A DNA stretch of 64,000 nucleotides, from positions 80,661 through 144,660 of the forward strand of contig CAVOSK010000006.1 of assembly GCA_963698855.1 (NCBI GenBank), written 5' to 3'. Below, piece by piece: positions 48,107 to 59,225 of the stretch (position 1 is the stretch's first letter; each line of letters begins with the position of its first letter). Made by a program: the position numbers and the translations under genes. This DNA comes from an uncultured beta proteobacterium (GTDB lineage: Bacteria > Pseudomonadota > Gammaproteobacteria > Burkholderiales > Thiobacillaceae). The notes under the pieces were generated by a model that worked only from the letters and a program-made list of their open reading frames with translations, was not told the origin of the DNA and ran no database searches.

Positions 48107-48913
48107 ATGAGCCGCATTGGCCAGACCTTTATCGCGCTCAAGGCGCACAATAAAAAAGCCCTGATCCCCTTCATCACTGCCGGTGACCCGGGCAGAGGGC
48201 TGACGGTACCGCTGATGCATGCCTTGGTCGAGGCGGGGGCCGACATCATCGAGCTGGGGGTGCCGTTTTCCGATCCAATGGCCGATGGCCCGGTCATCCA
48301 GCGCGCGTCCGAACGGGCGCTGGCGAACAAGGTCGGGCTGAAGGATGTGCTGGCGATGACGGCGGAGTTCCGCAAGTCCAACCAGACAACGCCGGTGGTG
48401 CTGATGGGCTACGCCAATCCGGTCGAGCGCATGGGCTACGAGACCTTCGCCCTGGCGGCGAAGGCCGCCGGGGTGGACGGCGTGCTGACGGTTGACATTC
48501 CGCCCGAGGAATCGCATGGCGTGGCGGATGTTTTCAAGGCAGCCGGACTCGACCCGATCTTCCTGCTATCACCGACCACGCCCGAGTCCCGGGTGGAGCA
48601 GGTGGCCGCGGTTGCTGGCGGGTTCATCTACTACGTGTCGCTGAAGGGCGTGACAGGTTCGGCGAACCTCGATACAGCCGAAGTCGCGCGCAAACTGGAT
48701 ATGGTGCGCAGGCATTGCAGTCTGCCGGTCGGTGTCGGCTTCGGCATCCGCGACGCGGCGACTGCCGAAGCCGTGGCTCGCATTGCCGATGCAGTGGTAG
48801 TGGGCAGTCGCATCGTCAACGAGATTGAAACCGCACCCGAGGGTGGGTGCGTCGAGCGCGTCAAGGCACTGGTGCAGGACTTGCGCCGCGGTGTCGATGC
48901 GGCATCGAAATAA
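48107..48913 (+). CDS. trpA: Tryptophan synthase alpha chain
   Basis: [32 protein letters not shown]. Confidence 0.98.
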   Translation: MSRIGQTFIALKAHNKKALIPFITAGDPGRGLTVPLMHALVEAGADIIELGVPFSDPMADGPVIQRASERALANKVGLKDVLAMTAEFRKSNQTTPVVLMGYANPVERMGYETFALAAKAAGVDGVLTVDIPPEESHGVADVFKAAGLDPIFLLSPTTPESRVEQVAAVAGGFIYYVSLKGVTGSANLDTAEVARKLDMVRRHCSLPVGVGFGIRDAATAEAVARIADAVVVGSRIVNEIETAPEGGCVERVKALVQDLRRGVDAASK

Positions 48914-48925
48914 AGGGAGAAGACC

Positions 48926-49795
48926 ATGAGTTGGTTCCAGAAAATTCTGCCGCCCAAAATCAAGCGTCGCGCGCTGGCCGACAAAAAATCCATGCCCGAG
49001 GGGTTGTGGTCAAAATGCCCGGCCTGCAACGAGGTGCTCTACCGTGCCGACCTGGAAAGCAATCTTGAGGTATGTCCGAAGTGCGGTCATCACCATCGCA
49101 TCGGTGCACGGCAGCGTTTGGCGATGCTGCTGGACGCGGAGGGGCAGCACGAGATCGGCGCCCAGGTGACACCGCTCGATCCGCTCAAGTTCAAAGACAG
49201 CAAGAAATATCCCGACCGTCTAAAGGAAGCCCAGTCCGGCACATCGGAAACCGACGCGCTGGTGGTGCTCGGCGGCAGCGTCAAGCGCGTGCCGGTGGTG
49301 GCAGCGGCCTTCGAATTCAAGTTCATGGGCGGGTCGATGGGCTCGGTGGTGGGCGAGCGTTTCGTCCTGGGCGTGGAGGCGGCGATCGAGTCGAATTCCG
49401 CCTTCATCTGTTTTTCAGCCAGCGGCGGCGCACGCATGCAGGAAGGTCTGTTCTCGCTGATGCAGATGGCGAAAACTTCGGCAGCGCTGACGCTGTTGTC
49501 GCGCCATCATCTGCCCTTCGTTTCGGTGCTGACCGATCCCACCATGGGAGGGGTGTCGGCGAGCTTTGCCATGCTGGGTGATCTGATCGTGGCAGAGCCC
49601 AACGCCCTGATCGGTTTTGCCGGCCCGCGCGTGATCGAGCAGACGGTGCGCGAGACGCTGCCGGAGGGTTTTCAGCGTGCCGAATTCCTGCTCGAGAAGG
49701 GTGCCGTCGACCGCATCATCGACCGCCGCCAGATGCGCGATGAGCTTGCCACCACACTGTCGATGATGATGGGCAGGTCAGCCATTGCAGCTTGA
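48926..49795 (+). CDS. accD: Acetyl-CoA carboxylase carboxyltransferase beta
   Basis: C4 zinc ribbon, [28 protein letters not shown]. Confidence 0.98.
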   Translation: MSWFQKILPPKIKRRALADKKSMPEGLWSKCPACNEVLYRADLESNLEVCPKCGHHHRIGARQRLAMLLDAEGQHEIGAQVTPLDPLKFKDSKKYPDRLKEAQSGTSETDALVVLGGSVKRVPVVAAAFEFKFMGGSMGSVVGERFVLGVEAAIESNSAFICFSASGGARMQEGLFSLMQMAKTSAALTLLSRHHLPFVSVLTDPTMGGVSASFAMLGDLIVAEPNALIGFAGPRVIEQTVRETLPEGFQRAEFLLEKGAVDRIIDRRQMRDELATTLSMMMGRSAIAA

Positions 49796-51087
49796 TCGCC
49801 AGTGGTGACTTGATCTCGCAGCCTTTGACTACGCTGGAAGCATGGCTGGCGCGACTGGAACAGTTGCACCCCAACACCATCGAGCTGGGCCTCGAACGAG
49901 TTCGCCGAGTCTGGGACGCGTTTGGCCTGGAACCGGCCTTCCCGCTCATCATGGTTGGCGGTACCAACGGCAAGGGATCCACCAGCGCCTATCTGGAAGC
50001 CATTCTGCTTGCCGAGGGTTATAAAACGGGTCTCTACACCTCGCCACACTTGCTGCGTTACAACGAGCGGGTGCGGATTGGCGGACGAGAAACCACCGAT
50101 ACTGGACTGGTGCGCGCATTCGAAAGGGTCGATGCTGCACGCGGCGACACCTCTCTGACCTATTTCGAATTCGGCACACTGGGTGCGATGCTGCAGTTCA
50201 TCGATGCCGGCGTCGACGTGGCCATTCTCGAGGTGGGCCTTGGCGGGCGGCTCGATGCGGTGAATGTATTCGATGCCGATGCCGCAATCGTCACCAGCAT
50301 CGATCTGGATCACATGGACTATCTGGGCGACACCCGTGAAGAGATAGGCTTCGAAAAGGCGGGCATTTACCGTGCCGGCTGCCCTGCCATCTGCAACGAT
50401 CCTGACCCGCCTGTCAGTCTGCTCGAGCACGCGCGACAGATCGGCACCGATTTGCGTCGCATCAACCGGGATTTTTCCGCCCTGAGCGCCAAGGGGCAGT
50501 GGACCTATCAGGGCACTGTTATGAAAAGGCCAGCATTGCCCCTGCCTGCCATGGTTGGCACTTTTCAACTGCGTAACGCAACGGGCGCGCTGGCCATCCT
50601 GGAAGCATTGCACGGCAGGCTTCCGGTGAGCGAGACAGCGATTCGCAAGGGACTCTTAACGGCACACATGCCGGGACGGTTTCAGCGCATTGCAGAGGCG
50701 CCCGAAGTAATTCTGGATGTGGCACACAATCCCGAAGCGGCACGGGCGCTGGCCGCCACGCTGCATGCGCAGCCCGTGTCAGGACGCACGATCGCAGTGG
50801 TAGGGATGCTGGCAGACAAGGATGCCGACAGTGTGGGGGCTGCATTGTCCGGCGAGATCGATGAGTGGTGGGTTTGCACGCCTGCAACGCCGCGCGCCCT
50901 CGACGCAGCGGAACTGGCCGCCATTCTGCGTCCCCATGCGGGCAGTTCGCCGGTCAGGGTTGAGCCGGATGTGGCCTTGGCGCTTGCCAAGGCACGAAGC
51001 GATGCGGATGAAGGTGATAGAATTCTCGTCTTCGGTTCGTTCTATACCGTTGCCGCCGCGCTAGACCATGCCGCCACCAAGCACTGA
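49792..51087 (+). CDS. folC: Dihydrofolate/folylpolyglutamate synthase
   Basis: [32 protein letters not shown]; exact start uncertain. Confidence 0.96.
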   Translation: MIASGDLISQPLTTLEAWLARLEQLHPNTIELGLERVRRVWDAFGLEPAFPLIMVGGTNGKGSTSAYLEAILLAEGYKTGLYTSPHLLRYNERVRIGGRETTDTGLVRAFERVDAARGDTSLTYFEFGTLGAMLQFIDAGVDVAILEVGLGGRLDAVNVFDADAAIVTSIDLDHMDYLGDTREEIGFEKAGIYRAGCPAICNDPDPPVSLLEHARQIGTDLRRINRDFSALSAKGQWTYQGTVMKRPALPLPAMVGTFQLRNATGALAILEALHGRLPVSETAIRKGLLTAHMPGRFQRIAEAPEVILDVAHNPEAARALAATLHAQPVSGRTIAVVGMLADKDADSVGAALSGEIDEWWVCTPATPRALDAAELAAILRPHAGSSPVRVEPDVALALAKARSDADEGDRILVFGSFYTVAAALDHAATKH

Positions 51088-51748
51088 AAATGACCTCAAA
51101 CGCAGAGCCAGACGCCGCCTGATTGGTGCGGTCGCACTGACCCTGCTGGCGGTGATCGTATTGCCCCTGCTGCTGGAAGACGAACCGCCGCCTGCCAGTA
51201 CGCTGGCGGTGAAAATGGTAGCGTCTTCCGCACCTGAACCCCGCGAAGCAGCATTGCCCAGCGAATCCGAATCCCTCAATGCGCCCATCGTTGCTGACGC
51301 GACGCGGCTTCCGCCCCCGCAACCCGAGGTGACGGAGCCTGCGCATGCGGAGCCCGCGCCAGTCGCCTCCGCCCCCAAGCCTGAACCGTCCAAGCCTGCT
51401 CCAGCCAAACCCGAACCACCCGTCAAGCCGGCGCCCAAGCTGGCACCCAGAGCTGCGCCCAAGCCGGCACCCAGAGCGGCAGCCAAACCGGTTGAAGCAC
51501 CTGCACTCCAGACCAAGCCTGCCGCAGACAGCGAGGTCTACGTGGTACAACTGGCCGCCCTGTCCGATGCTTCCAAGGCCAACGCACTCAGAGCACGTGC
51601 AGCCAAAGCCGGCCTGCCGGCCTACACCGACAAAGTGGGCACCCTGACACGGGTGCGTGTGGGACCCTTCGCCACGCGTGAAGAAGCCGTGGAAGCCGCG
51701 GTGAAACTGGCCGAGAAGGGAATGGGCGGGCAAATTCTTACACGATGA
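51068..51748 (+). CDS. dedD: SPOR domain cell-division protein DedD
   Basis: RARRRLIGAV plus TM, Pro-rich linker, VQLAAL...RVRVGPF. Confidence 0.88.
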   Translation: MPPPSTENDLKRRARRRLIGAVALTLLAVIVLPLLLEDEPPPASTLAVKMVASSAPEPREAALPSESESLNAPIVADATRLPPPQPEVTEPAHAEPAPVASAPKPEPSKPAPAKPEPPVKPAPKLAPRAAPKPAPRAAAKPVEAPALQTKPAADSEVYVVQLAALSDASKANALRARAAKAGLPAYTDKVGTLTRVRVGPFATREEAVEAAVKLAEKGMGGQILTR

Positions 51749-52236
51749 GCATGCTCGATATCATCGTGTTGCTGGTCTTGGTTCTGACCGTGGTTCGCGG
51801 CCTGATGCGTGGCATGATCGAGACTCTGTTCTCGTTGGCAGCCTGGATACTGGCGTTCGTGCTGGGAAGATGGGGCGCGTTGCTGGTGGCGCCGCTGTTG
51901 CCCATTGGAATTGAAAACCAGGGAATACGGTATTTTGCGGGTTTTGCAGTGATCTTTCTGGTGGTGCTGATCGGTGTGCTGTTGTTGGGGCACGCACTGG
52001 CTTCGCTGGTCAAGGCGGTCGGACTGGGCAGTGCCGACAAGGTGCTCGGCGGGGTGCTGGGGCTCGCCAAGGGGCTGGTTATCCTGGTCGGTTTTACGCT
52101 GGCAGCCGGGCTGACCTCGCTGCCCCGCACAGACTTCTGGAAACAGGCGCTGCTGTCTGACAGCCTGCAGGCGATGGCCATGCGCACCTTGCCGTTGGTG
52201 CCGAAAGACGTCGCGAAATACGTTCGTTTTGAATAA
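51745..52236 (+). CDS. cvpA: CvpA family membrane protein
   Basis: LDIIVL..RGLMRGMIE, DKVLGGVLGLAKG; located upstream of purF. Confidence 0.92.
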   Translation: MSMLDIIVLLVLVLTVVRGLMRGMIETLFSLAAWILAFVLGRWGALLVAPLLPIGIENQGIRYFAGFAVIFLVVLIGVLLLGHALASLVKAVGLGSADKVLGGVLGLAKGLVILVGFTLAAGLTSLPRTDFWKQALLSDSLQAMAMRTLPLVPKDVAKYVRFE

Positions 52237-52257
52237 TTTTATGCATAGGTGCATTGC

Positions 52258-53778
52258 ATGTGCGGGGTAATCGGAGTCGTAGCCAATTCGGCGGTCAATC
52301 AGCTTTTGTACGACGGGCTGATGGTGTTGCAGCATCGCGGCCAGGACGCGGCTGGAATCGTGACGGCCGAAGAAAGCCGCTTTCACATGCACAAGGAACC
52401 GGGGCTGGCACGTGACGTGTTCCGTACCCGCGACATGCGCAACCTGCTGGGGGACATGGGGGTGGCGCATGTGCGCTACCCGACTGCCGGCAGCGCGTCT
52501 TCGTCGGCCGAGGCGCAGCCGTTCTACGTGAATTCGCCCTATGGCATCGTGCTGGGCCACAACGGCAACCTCACCAATACCCATGAATTGCAGGAGTCGC
52601 TGTTCCGTGCCGATCTGCGCCACGTGAATACCAATTCGGATTCAGAAGTGTTGCTGAACGTGCTGGCGCACGAACTGCAGGTGCGTGCCTCCGGCCGCCA
52701 GTTGAGCCTGGACACGATCTTTGGCGCGGTGGCGGGTGTCCATGCGCGCTGCAAGGGCGCGTATGCCGTGACGGCTTTCATCGCAGGCTACGGCCTGCTG
52801 GCGTTTCGCGATCCGCATGGCATTCGTCCGCTGGTGATCGGCGTCAACGACCAGGTTCTGCCGCACGAATACATCGTCGCCTCTGAAAGCGTGGCGATCG
52901 ACACGCTGGGCTTCCGACTGTTGCGCGATGTGGCGCCGGGCGAAGCCGTGTTTATCGATTATCAGCGCCAGTTGCACAGCCGGGTATGCAGCGACAAGGC
53001 CGTGCTCAACCCCTGCATTTTCGAGTACGTGTATCTCGCCCGCCCGGATTCGGTGATGGACGGCATCTCGGTCTACAGTACCCGGCTGGCCATGGGCGTG
53101 TCGCTGGCCGAAAAAATCCGCCGCGAGTTTTCCCATCTCAAGATCGATGTGGTGATCCCGATTCCCGACACCAGCCGCCCCTCTGCGCTGCAGCTGGCGA
53201 ACCATCTCAACGTGCCGTATCGCGAAGGTTTCATCAAGAATCGATACATCGGCCGCACCTTCATCATGCCGGGGCAGGCCCTGCGCAAGAAATCGGTCCG
53301 GCAGAAGCTCAACGCCGTTTCCGAGGAGTTCAAGGACCGTAACGTGCTCCTGGTCGACGACTCGATCGTGCGCGGCACCACCAGCCGTGAAATCGTCCAG
53401 ATGGCGCGCGACGCCGGTGCTGCACAGGTGTACTTTGCCTCGGCCTCGCCGCCGGTCCGCTTCTCCAACGTCTATGGTATCGACATGCCGACGCGCAACG
53501 AACTGATCGCCAACGGCCGCACCGACGAGGAAATCGCGCGCGAAATCGGCTGTGACGCATTGATCTATCAGGATATCGACGCCATGGTGGAGGTGGTCCG
53601 TGCCGGCAATCCTGCGATCCAGGATTTCGACACCTCGTGTTTCGACGGCCGCTACATCACCGGTGATGTCACGCCGGAATACCTGAATTACATCGAGGCG
53701 GTTCGCAACGGGGAGACGCCGCCATCGGCCCTGTCATCCCAGCAACTCGACCTGAATCTGGCGACGGGGAGTGATTGA
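52258..53778 (+). CDS. purF: Amidophosphoribosyltransferase
   Basis: MCG N-terminal nucleophile, QHRGQDAAG, HVRYPTAG, VDDSIVRGTT. Confidence 0.98.
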   Translation: MCGVIGVVANSAVNQLLYDGLMVLQHRGQDAAGIVTAEESRFHMHKEPGLARDVFRTRDMRNLLGDMGVAHVRYPTAGSASSSAEAQPFYVNSPYGIVLGHNGNLTNTHELQESLFRADLRHVNTNSDSEVLLNVLAHELQVRASGRQLSLDTIFGAVAGVHARCKGAYAVTAFIAGYGLLAFRDPHGIRPLVIGVNDQVLPHEYIVASESVAIDTLGFRLLRDVAPGEAVFIDYQRQLHSRVCSDKAVLNPCIFEYVYLARPDSVMDGISVYSTRLAMGVSLAEKIRREFSHLKIDVVIPIPDTSRPSALQLANHLNVPYREGFIKNRYIGRTFIMPGQALRKKSVRQKLNAVSEEFKDRNVLLVDDSIVRGTTSREIVQMARDAGAAQVYFASASPPVRFSNVYGIDMPTRNELIANGRTDEEIAREIGCDALIYQDIDAMVEVVRAGNPAIQDFDTSCFDGRYITGDVTPEYLNYIEAVRNGETPPSALSSQQLDLNLATGSD

Positions 53779-53807
53779 CGGTGTCCGGCGCCGGGCGTAC
53801 ATTTTCC

Positions 53808-53861
53808 CCAGCGCCGATTTGAAACCCAGCTTGCGGGCGCTTGATAAATCCGGCTAAAGCG
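53808..53861 (+). ncRNA. SAM-II riboswitch
   Basis: GCGCCGATTTG..TTGCGGGCGCTTGATAAATCCGGCTAAA matches the SAM-II consensus (GCGCnGAUUU...UUGC..GCGCnUGAUAAAU..GCUAAA) and lies upstream of metZ. Confidence 0.9.
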
Positions 53862-53870
53862 TTGCAAGGG

Positions 53871-53910
53871 AAACCCCGACACGCGCTTGCCGTTCGGGGT
53901 TTTTTTATTT
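53871..53910 (+). terminator. Terminator-like hairpin between SAM-II and metZ
   Basis: AAACCCCGA...TCGGGGTTT followed by a long T tract. Confidence 0.7.
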
Positions 53911-53921
53911 TGGACGGAAAA

Positions 53922-55091
53922 ATGAACGACGAATACGACATTGAAACGCTCGCTGTGAGAGCAGGAACGGTGCGCAGCCAGTTCAACGAACACTCGGAGG
54001 CGATGTTCCTGACCTCCAGTTTCGTGTTCAGCAGTGCGGCGGAGGCTGCGGCGCGCTTCAAGGGCGAGCAACCCGGGCCGATCTACGCGCGGTTCACCAA
54101 TCCCACCGTCAGCATGATGGAAGCGCGGCTGGCCGCGCTTGAGGGCGCTGAACGCTGCGTGGCATTTTCCTCCGGCATGGCCGCGATCCTGGCGACCGTC
54201 ATGGGCCTGATGAAGGCGGGCGAGCACATCGTCGCCTCGCGTTCGATCTTCGGCTCCACGGTGCAGTTGTTCAGCAACATTCTCGGCCGCTTCGGCATCG
54301 AGACGACCTATGTTTCGCCGACCGATCCGGCAGAGTGGCGTGCCGCATTGAAGCCGAACACGAAGCTGTTTTTCGTCGAATCGCCGTCCAATCCGCTGAC
54401 CGAAGTGAGCGATATTCGCGCCCTGGCATCGATTGCCCGCGAAGCAGGTGCGTGGCTGGCGGTCGACAACTGCTTCTGTTCGCCGGCTCTGCAGAAGCCG
54501 CTCGAATTGGGCGCCGATATAGTGATTCATTCGGCCACCAAATATCTCGACGGCCAGGGCAGGGTACTGGGGGGCGCCGTGCTGGGCAGTCAGGCCTTGA
54601 TGGAAGGCGTTTACACCTTCTTGCGTACCGCGGGGCCGACCTTGTCCGCATTCAATGCCTGGGTGATCCTGAAAGGGATGGAGACGCTTTCAATCCGGAT
54701 GGACGCGCATTCGAGAAATGCGCTGGAACTGGCGCAATGGCTGGAGGCCCAGCCGCAGGTGGCGCGCGTTCTGTATCCGGGCTTGCCATCGCATCCACAA
54801 CACGCACTGGCGATGGCGCAGCAGAAATCCGGGGGCGGCATCGTCGCCTTCGATCTCAAGGGCGGCCAGGATGCGGCTTGGAAACTGATCGACGCGACGA
54901 AGCTGTTGTCGATCACCGCCAACCTGGGCGATACCAAATCCACCATCACCCATCCGTCTTCCACCACCCACAGTCGCATGACGGCTGAGCAGCGTGATGC
55001 GGCAGGCATCGGCGACGGCCTGGTGCGGATTGCGGTGGGACTGGAATCGGTGTCCGACATCAAGGCCGATCTGGCGCGCGGGCTGGCATGA
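53922..55091 (+). CDS. metZ: O-succinylhomoserine sulfhydrylase
   Basis: EHSEAMFLTSSF, YARFTNPTV, HSATKYLDGQGR, ITANLGD. Confidence 0.95.
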   Translation: MNDEYDIETLAVRAGTVRSQFNEHSEAMFLTSSFVFSSAAEAAARFKGEQPGPIYARFTNPTVSMMEARLAALEGAERCVAFSSGMAAILATVMGLMKAGEHIVASRSIFGSTVQLFSNILGRFGIETTYVSPTDPAEWRAALKPNTKLFFVESPSNPLTEVSDIRALASIAREAGAWLAVDNCFCSPALQKPLELGADIVIHSATKYLDGQGRVLGGAVLGSQALMEGVYTFLRTAGPTLSAFNAWVILKGMETLSIRMDAHSRNALELAQWLEAQPQVARVLYPGLPSHPQHALAMAQQKSGGGIVAFDLKGGQDAAWKLIDATKLLSITANLGDTKSTITHPSSTTHSRMTAEQRDAAGIGDGLVRIAVGLESVSDIKADLARGLA

Positions 55092-55744
55092 TGATGCGAT
55101 GGCTCATGCTGTGCCTGCTCGGGATGGGAGGGGCCCACGCAGCGGACATGACCGTGCTGCGCTATGTCGACCAGGATCCGGGAGGGGAGCCGTATCTGAC
55201 CCGCATCCTGGTCACGCCAGATTACTTGCGCATGGACAGCGGCAGGGATGAGGACGATTTTTTTCTGTTGGACCGGCGCCAGCGCAAGTTGACCAACGTC
55301 ATGCGTGAAAGGGGCCTGGCGATGGTGTTCCTGCCCGAAACGCTGCCCCCCCGACCCGTTGACTGGAGTCCCAAGCTCGAAACCCGCCCGGCCGCACCCG
55401 GCACCGAGCGCTTCAGCCTCAGCATGAAGGGCGTGGTGTGCAGCGAAGGCATCGCGGCGCTTCGTGCTGCGCCGGATGCAGCGCGCGCGATGGCCGAGAT
55501 GAAATCGGTGCTGGCTTCGATGCAGTACCGGATGTGGAAGGAGTCGCCCCCGGAACTGCAGCATGACTGCGATCTGGTGAACCTGGTATGGGAGTCGGGA
55601 ACGACGCTGAAACTCGGATTGCCGCTGGAGGAACGTGAATTCACGGGACGGTCGCGCAGCTTCGAAGGCGAAACCCTGCAGCCGCTTCAACCCGGTCTGT
55701 TTCGCCTGCCGGACGGCATGGCGACGATCAACGCGCCCTCATAA
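55088..55744 (+). CDS. Exported hypothetical protein (DUF4412-like by impression)
   Basis: Signal peptide (AHA), two Cys; ATGA overlap with metZ. Confidence 0.65.
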   Translation: MMMRWLMLCLLGMGGAHAADMTVLRYVDQDPGGEPYLTRILVTPDYLRMDSGRDEDDFFLLDRRQRKLTNVMRERGLAMVFLPETLPPRPVDWSPKLETRPAAPGTERFSLSMKGVVCSEGIAALRAAPDAARAMAEMKSVLASMQYRMWKESPPELQHDCDLVNLVWESGTTLKLGLPLEEREFTGRSRSFEGETLQPLQPGLFRLPDGMATINAPS

Positions 55745-56488
55745 GTCCTCTACCTTGAGCGCGCAGCCCGACGCGTCGCACACGACATAGCCCCAGCGGA
55801 CATACCAGTCCGGCACGACCCAGCGCTCGCAGGCATGGCCCCCGACCGCATGCACATGCCGTGCCGGGCGATGGGTGTGGCCGTGGATCAGCCGTGCAGC
55901 CTGTTGTTCGCCGAGGACGCGCACAACTTCATCGACATTCACATCCATGATCGCGGCCGCCTTCGCCGCCTTGGCGGATTCGCTGCCGGCCCGCGCCCGG
56001 CGTGCCACATGGCGGCGCATGGCCAGGGGCAGCTGGCGCAGCAGCGCCCGCGTCAGCGGATGGCGTGCGCGGCGGCGAAAGGTCTGGTAGGCGGTGTCAT
56101 CGGTGCACAGGGTGTCGCCGTGCATCAACAGGGTCGGTGTGCCGTACAGGTCGACCCGCGTGGGGTCGCTCAGCAGGGTCATGCCGGATAAGGCTGCGTA
56201 GCGTTCGGCCAGCATGAAGTCGCGGTTGCCATGCATGAAATACACCGGCGTGCCTGCATCCACCAGAGTTTTGAGTTGGTGCGCCGCATCGTGCGCAAGC
56301 TGCCCGTCGTCGTCGTCACCCACCCAGGCCTCGAACAGATCGCCCAGGATGTAGAGCGCATCCGCGCCTGCGGCCTCCTCGTTCAGAAAGCGAAAAAAAC
56401 GCCCGGTCGCAACCGGGCGTTCGTCAGCGAGATGCAGGTCGGCAATAAAGAAAGTACGCCCGGTTTTTGCAGACGAGATCAGATTCAC
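55739..56488 (-). CDS. lpxH: UDP-2,3-diacylglucosamine hydrolase
   Basis: [42 protein letters not shown]. Confidence 0.95.
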   Translation of the reverse strand: MNLISSAKTGRTFFIADLHLADERPVATGRFFRFLNEEAAGADALYILGDLFEAWVGDDDDGQLAHDAAHQLKTLVDAGTPVYFMHGNRDFMLAERYAALSGMTLLSDPTRVDLYGTPTLLMHGDTLCTDDTAYQTFRRRARHPLTRALLRQLPLAMRRHVARRARAGSESAKAAKAAAIMDVNVDEVVRVLGEQQAARLIHGHTHRPARHVHAVGGHACERWVVPDWYVRWGYVVCDASGCALKVEDL

Positions 56489-56495
56489 CGAAAAT

Positions 56496-56987
56496 TCAGA
56501 CGATTTCCGCCTGGGTGATGACAACATCTTCCTGCGGCACGTCCTGATGGCCGGCGCGGTTGTCGGTCTTGACCTTCTTGATCTTGTCGACCACGTCCAT
56601 GCCCTCGACCACCTTGCCGAATACGGCGTAGCCGTAGCCTTGCGGGGTCGGCGAGGTGAAGTTGAGGAAGCTGTTGTTGGCGACGTTGATGAAGAACTGC
56701 GCAGTCGCCGAATTGGGATTGGGGGTGCGCGCCATGGCAACGTGTAAGCCTCGTTCTTCAGACCGTTGGACGCCTCGTTCTCGATCGTGTCGCGGGTGGG
56801 TTTCTGCGTCATGCCGGGTTCAAAACCGCCGCCCTGGATCATGAAGCCATCGATGACGCGGTGGAATATCGTGCCGTCGAAAAAACCCGTCGCGCACGTA
56901 TTGCAGGAAATTCTCCACCGTTTTCGGCGCTTTCTCGGCATCGAGTTCGAGGGTGATGATGCCGTGATTGGTGTGCAGCTTGACCAT
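56496..56987 (-). CDS. ppiB: Cyclophilin-type PPIase (frameshifts near 56890 and 56745)
   Basis: [52 protein letters not shown]. Confidence 0.93.
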
Positions 56988-56996
56988 GGTGTCGTC

Positions 56997-58153
56997 CTAT
57001 AGAGAGGTTTCGTGAATGATTTTCCAGCGGCCGTTTTCGCGGCTCCAGAATTGGCGTTTGAGGGTGCGGTCGCTGAGGTTGCTGCTCTGGTAATCCTGCA
57101 CGAAGCTGACCAGGGCGAAGTCGGGACGCTCAGGGTAGAGCATCAGGCTGATCTTGCTGAGTCCTACCTTGATCCATGACTTGCTGGCGTTGACCTTGTG
57201 CTTGCTGGCACCAAAGGCCTGCAGATCCTGCGAACCGGTGCGGAACGATGCGCTGTAGTGGCCAAGCAGGCGGGCGGTGTCGCGGCTTTCCCAGTCCTGC
57301 CGCCACTGGTCGAGCGCCGCAGCGAGGTCGTTGCGGCGCGTATCGAGCGCGTCGTAGGCCACCCATTCGACCTGTTCGGCGATGACGACGGGCGTCTTGC
57401 CTGTCTTGACGTACTGGCCGAGCCGGGTCAGATCGTCGTTGGCCAGCACCACGCAGCCTTCGCTGGCGCGGGGTGTGCGGCTGTAGGTATTGCTGCGGGC
57501 TGCCATGGATCCAGATGCCATGGCCGTTGCGGCCCTGTCGGGTATCCCATTCGTTGGGGTAGGACAGGGTGAAGGCGCCGCTGCCGTAGAAATCGGCGAG
57601 TTCGCGCGGTGACTTGAAACCCGAAATCGTGTAGATGCCGATCGGAGTGCGGTTGTCGCCTTCCTTCTGCTTGCCGGCGCCCGCCTTGCCGATGGTGACG
57701 TAGAAATCGGCCACGCGGAACGGCAAGCCAGAACGATTCTCGTAGACATACAGGCGCGAGCGGCTGGCATCGACCACCAGTGCATGCCGATAACTTTCGT
57801 CCAGATCCAGCAGGTAGACGGGGATCTTGTCATCGGGCGGCGAATCGGTCGCAGCGCGCACGCGCTGGCGCGCTTCATCGCGCAGTTGCTCCAGATCGGC
57901 ATTACGGGAATTGCCGGTGTTGCCCAGGGTGTGCAGACGGCTGCGCACGCGCGAGCAACAGGTCGCCCTTGATCAGCTGCGCCAGCCTGAAATTCGAATG
58001 CTGCTGCGTCAACTGGTCGACGGCAGTGAGCGCCTCCGGCATGCGGCCCTGCGAAACGGCCAGCAGGCTGTCGACCAACTGGCGGTCGGCATCCGGCCCG
58101 GCTGCGTGGAGCGCCGGGGTCGCAAGCAGGAGCGCGAGCAGCAGGTGGCGCAT
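56997..58153 (-). CDS. L,D-transpeptidase family protein with C-terminal NTF2-like domain (frameshifts near 57955 and 57495)
   Basis: [27 protein letters not shown]...ASEGCVVL catalytic His/Cys. Confidence 0.85.
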
Positions 58154-58155
58154 GA

Positions 58156-59106
58156 TTACCGGGTCGATTCTTTAACGATGCGCCACTGGCCGTTCTGCAT
58201 GGCCAACTCCAGCGTCTTCGTGACGGTGGAACGGTGGCGGTCGGAACGGTAAGCCTGGCGGAAGGTGGCTTTGGCGGTGTCGCCCTGCGGGTCGATCTTG
58301 AGGTCACTGATCTTGACCTCGATCGTCTTGGGGCTGGTGATGCGCGCGCGACGCTGCGCTTCCCACTGGCTGCGGGTCATGCCATCCGCCGCGTAGTCGT
58401 CGGCATAGGCCGCAAGGTAGGCGTCGACGTCCTTTGCCGACCAGGCTTTCGCCCACGCGGTGATCGCGGCATCGATCGCGCTTTCTGGCGAGGCAGTAGC
58501 GGGCGTGCCCGGTTTCGCGGCAGCAGGGTTGGCGGCGGCCATCTTGGCTTCGGTCTTCGGCGCGGTGCTCGCGGGTTTGGTCGCCGCCGGCTTGCGGGGC
58601 TGCCCTTGGATCATCTCCTGGATCAGCGCCAGTTTGGTTTGCGCCGTGGCATTCTTGCTGTCCAGTTCGAGCGCCTTGTCGTAGGCGATCGACGCCATCT
58701 TGGCGTAGATGTCGCCTAGGTTTTCGTGCGCGGTGGCGTAGCTCGGATGCGTGCGGATGGCCATTTCGAGTGCGTTCTTCGCCGCATCGTACTTGCCTTG
58801 CGAGGCGTAGAGCACGGCAAGATTGTTGTAGGGCTCGGGCAGTTCGGGGTAGTCCTCGGTCAGTCCGCTAAACACGGCGATGGCATCGTTGGTCTTGCCC
58901 TGATCGGCAAGGATCAGGCCCTTGAGAAAGCGTGCCTGGGCATCTTTCGGGTTTTTCGCAAGATAGCGGTCGGCGCGTTCGAGCGCGCCAGGCAAGTCCC
59001 CTTTGCGAAATTGCTGGTTGATTTCCTGAACTTCGTTGGCCAGAACGGGTGCGCTGATAAGTATGGCGCAGGTGGCAAGGGCGGCGAAGAAACGGGACAG
59101 GACCAT
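58156..59106 (-). CDS. Exported TPR protein with C-terminal NTF2-like domain
   Basis: TPR motifs (YPELPEPYNNLAVLY, AHENLGDIY); WAKAWSAKDVDAYL. Confidence 0.85.
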   Translation of the reverse strand: MVLSRFFAALATCAILISAPVLANEVQEINQQFRKGDLPGALERADRYLAKNPKDAQARFLKGLILADQGKTNDAIAVFSGLTEDYPELPEPYNNLAVLYASQGKYDAAKNALEMAIRTHPSYATAHENLGDIYAKMASIAYDKALELDSKNATAQTKLALIQEMIQGQPRKPAATKPASTAPKTEAKMAAANPAAAKPGTPATASPESAIDAAITAWAKAWSAKDVDAYLAAYADDYAADGMTRSQWEAQRRARITSPKTIEVKISDLKIDPQGDTAKATFRQAYRSDRHRSTVTKTLELAMQNGQWRIVKESTR

Positions 59107-59225
59107 GTGATATGCTCGGATCATCTTGGGAGTCTGGCATTCTAACAACATCGACCCGACTGAGACAGTCGCCGCCCTGCTTGATTCCCGTGTGTCCCCA
59201 TTTCCGTCCGTAGCCTGCTTGCACC

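Noticed and set aside
51420-51490. 24-bp tandem duplication in dedD (PKLAPRAA/PKPAPRAA)
   Set aside because: Ordinary length variation in a Pro-rich linker.
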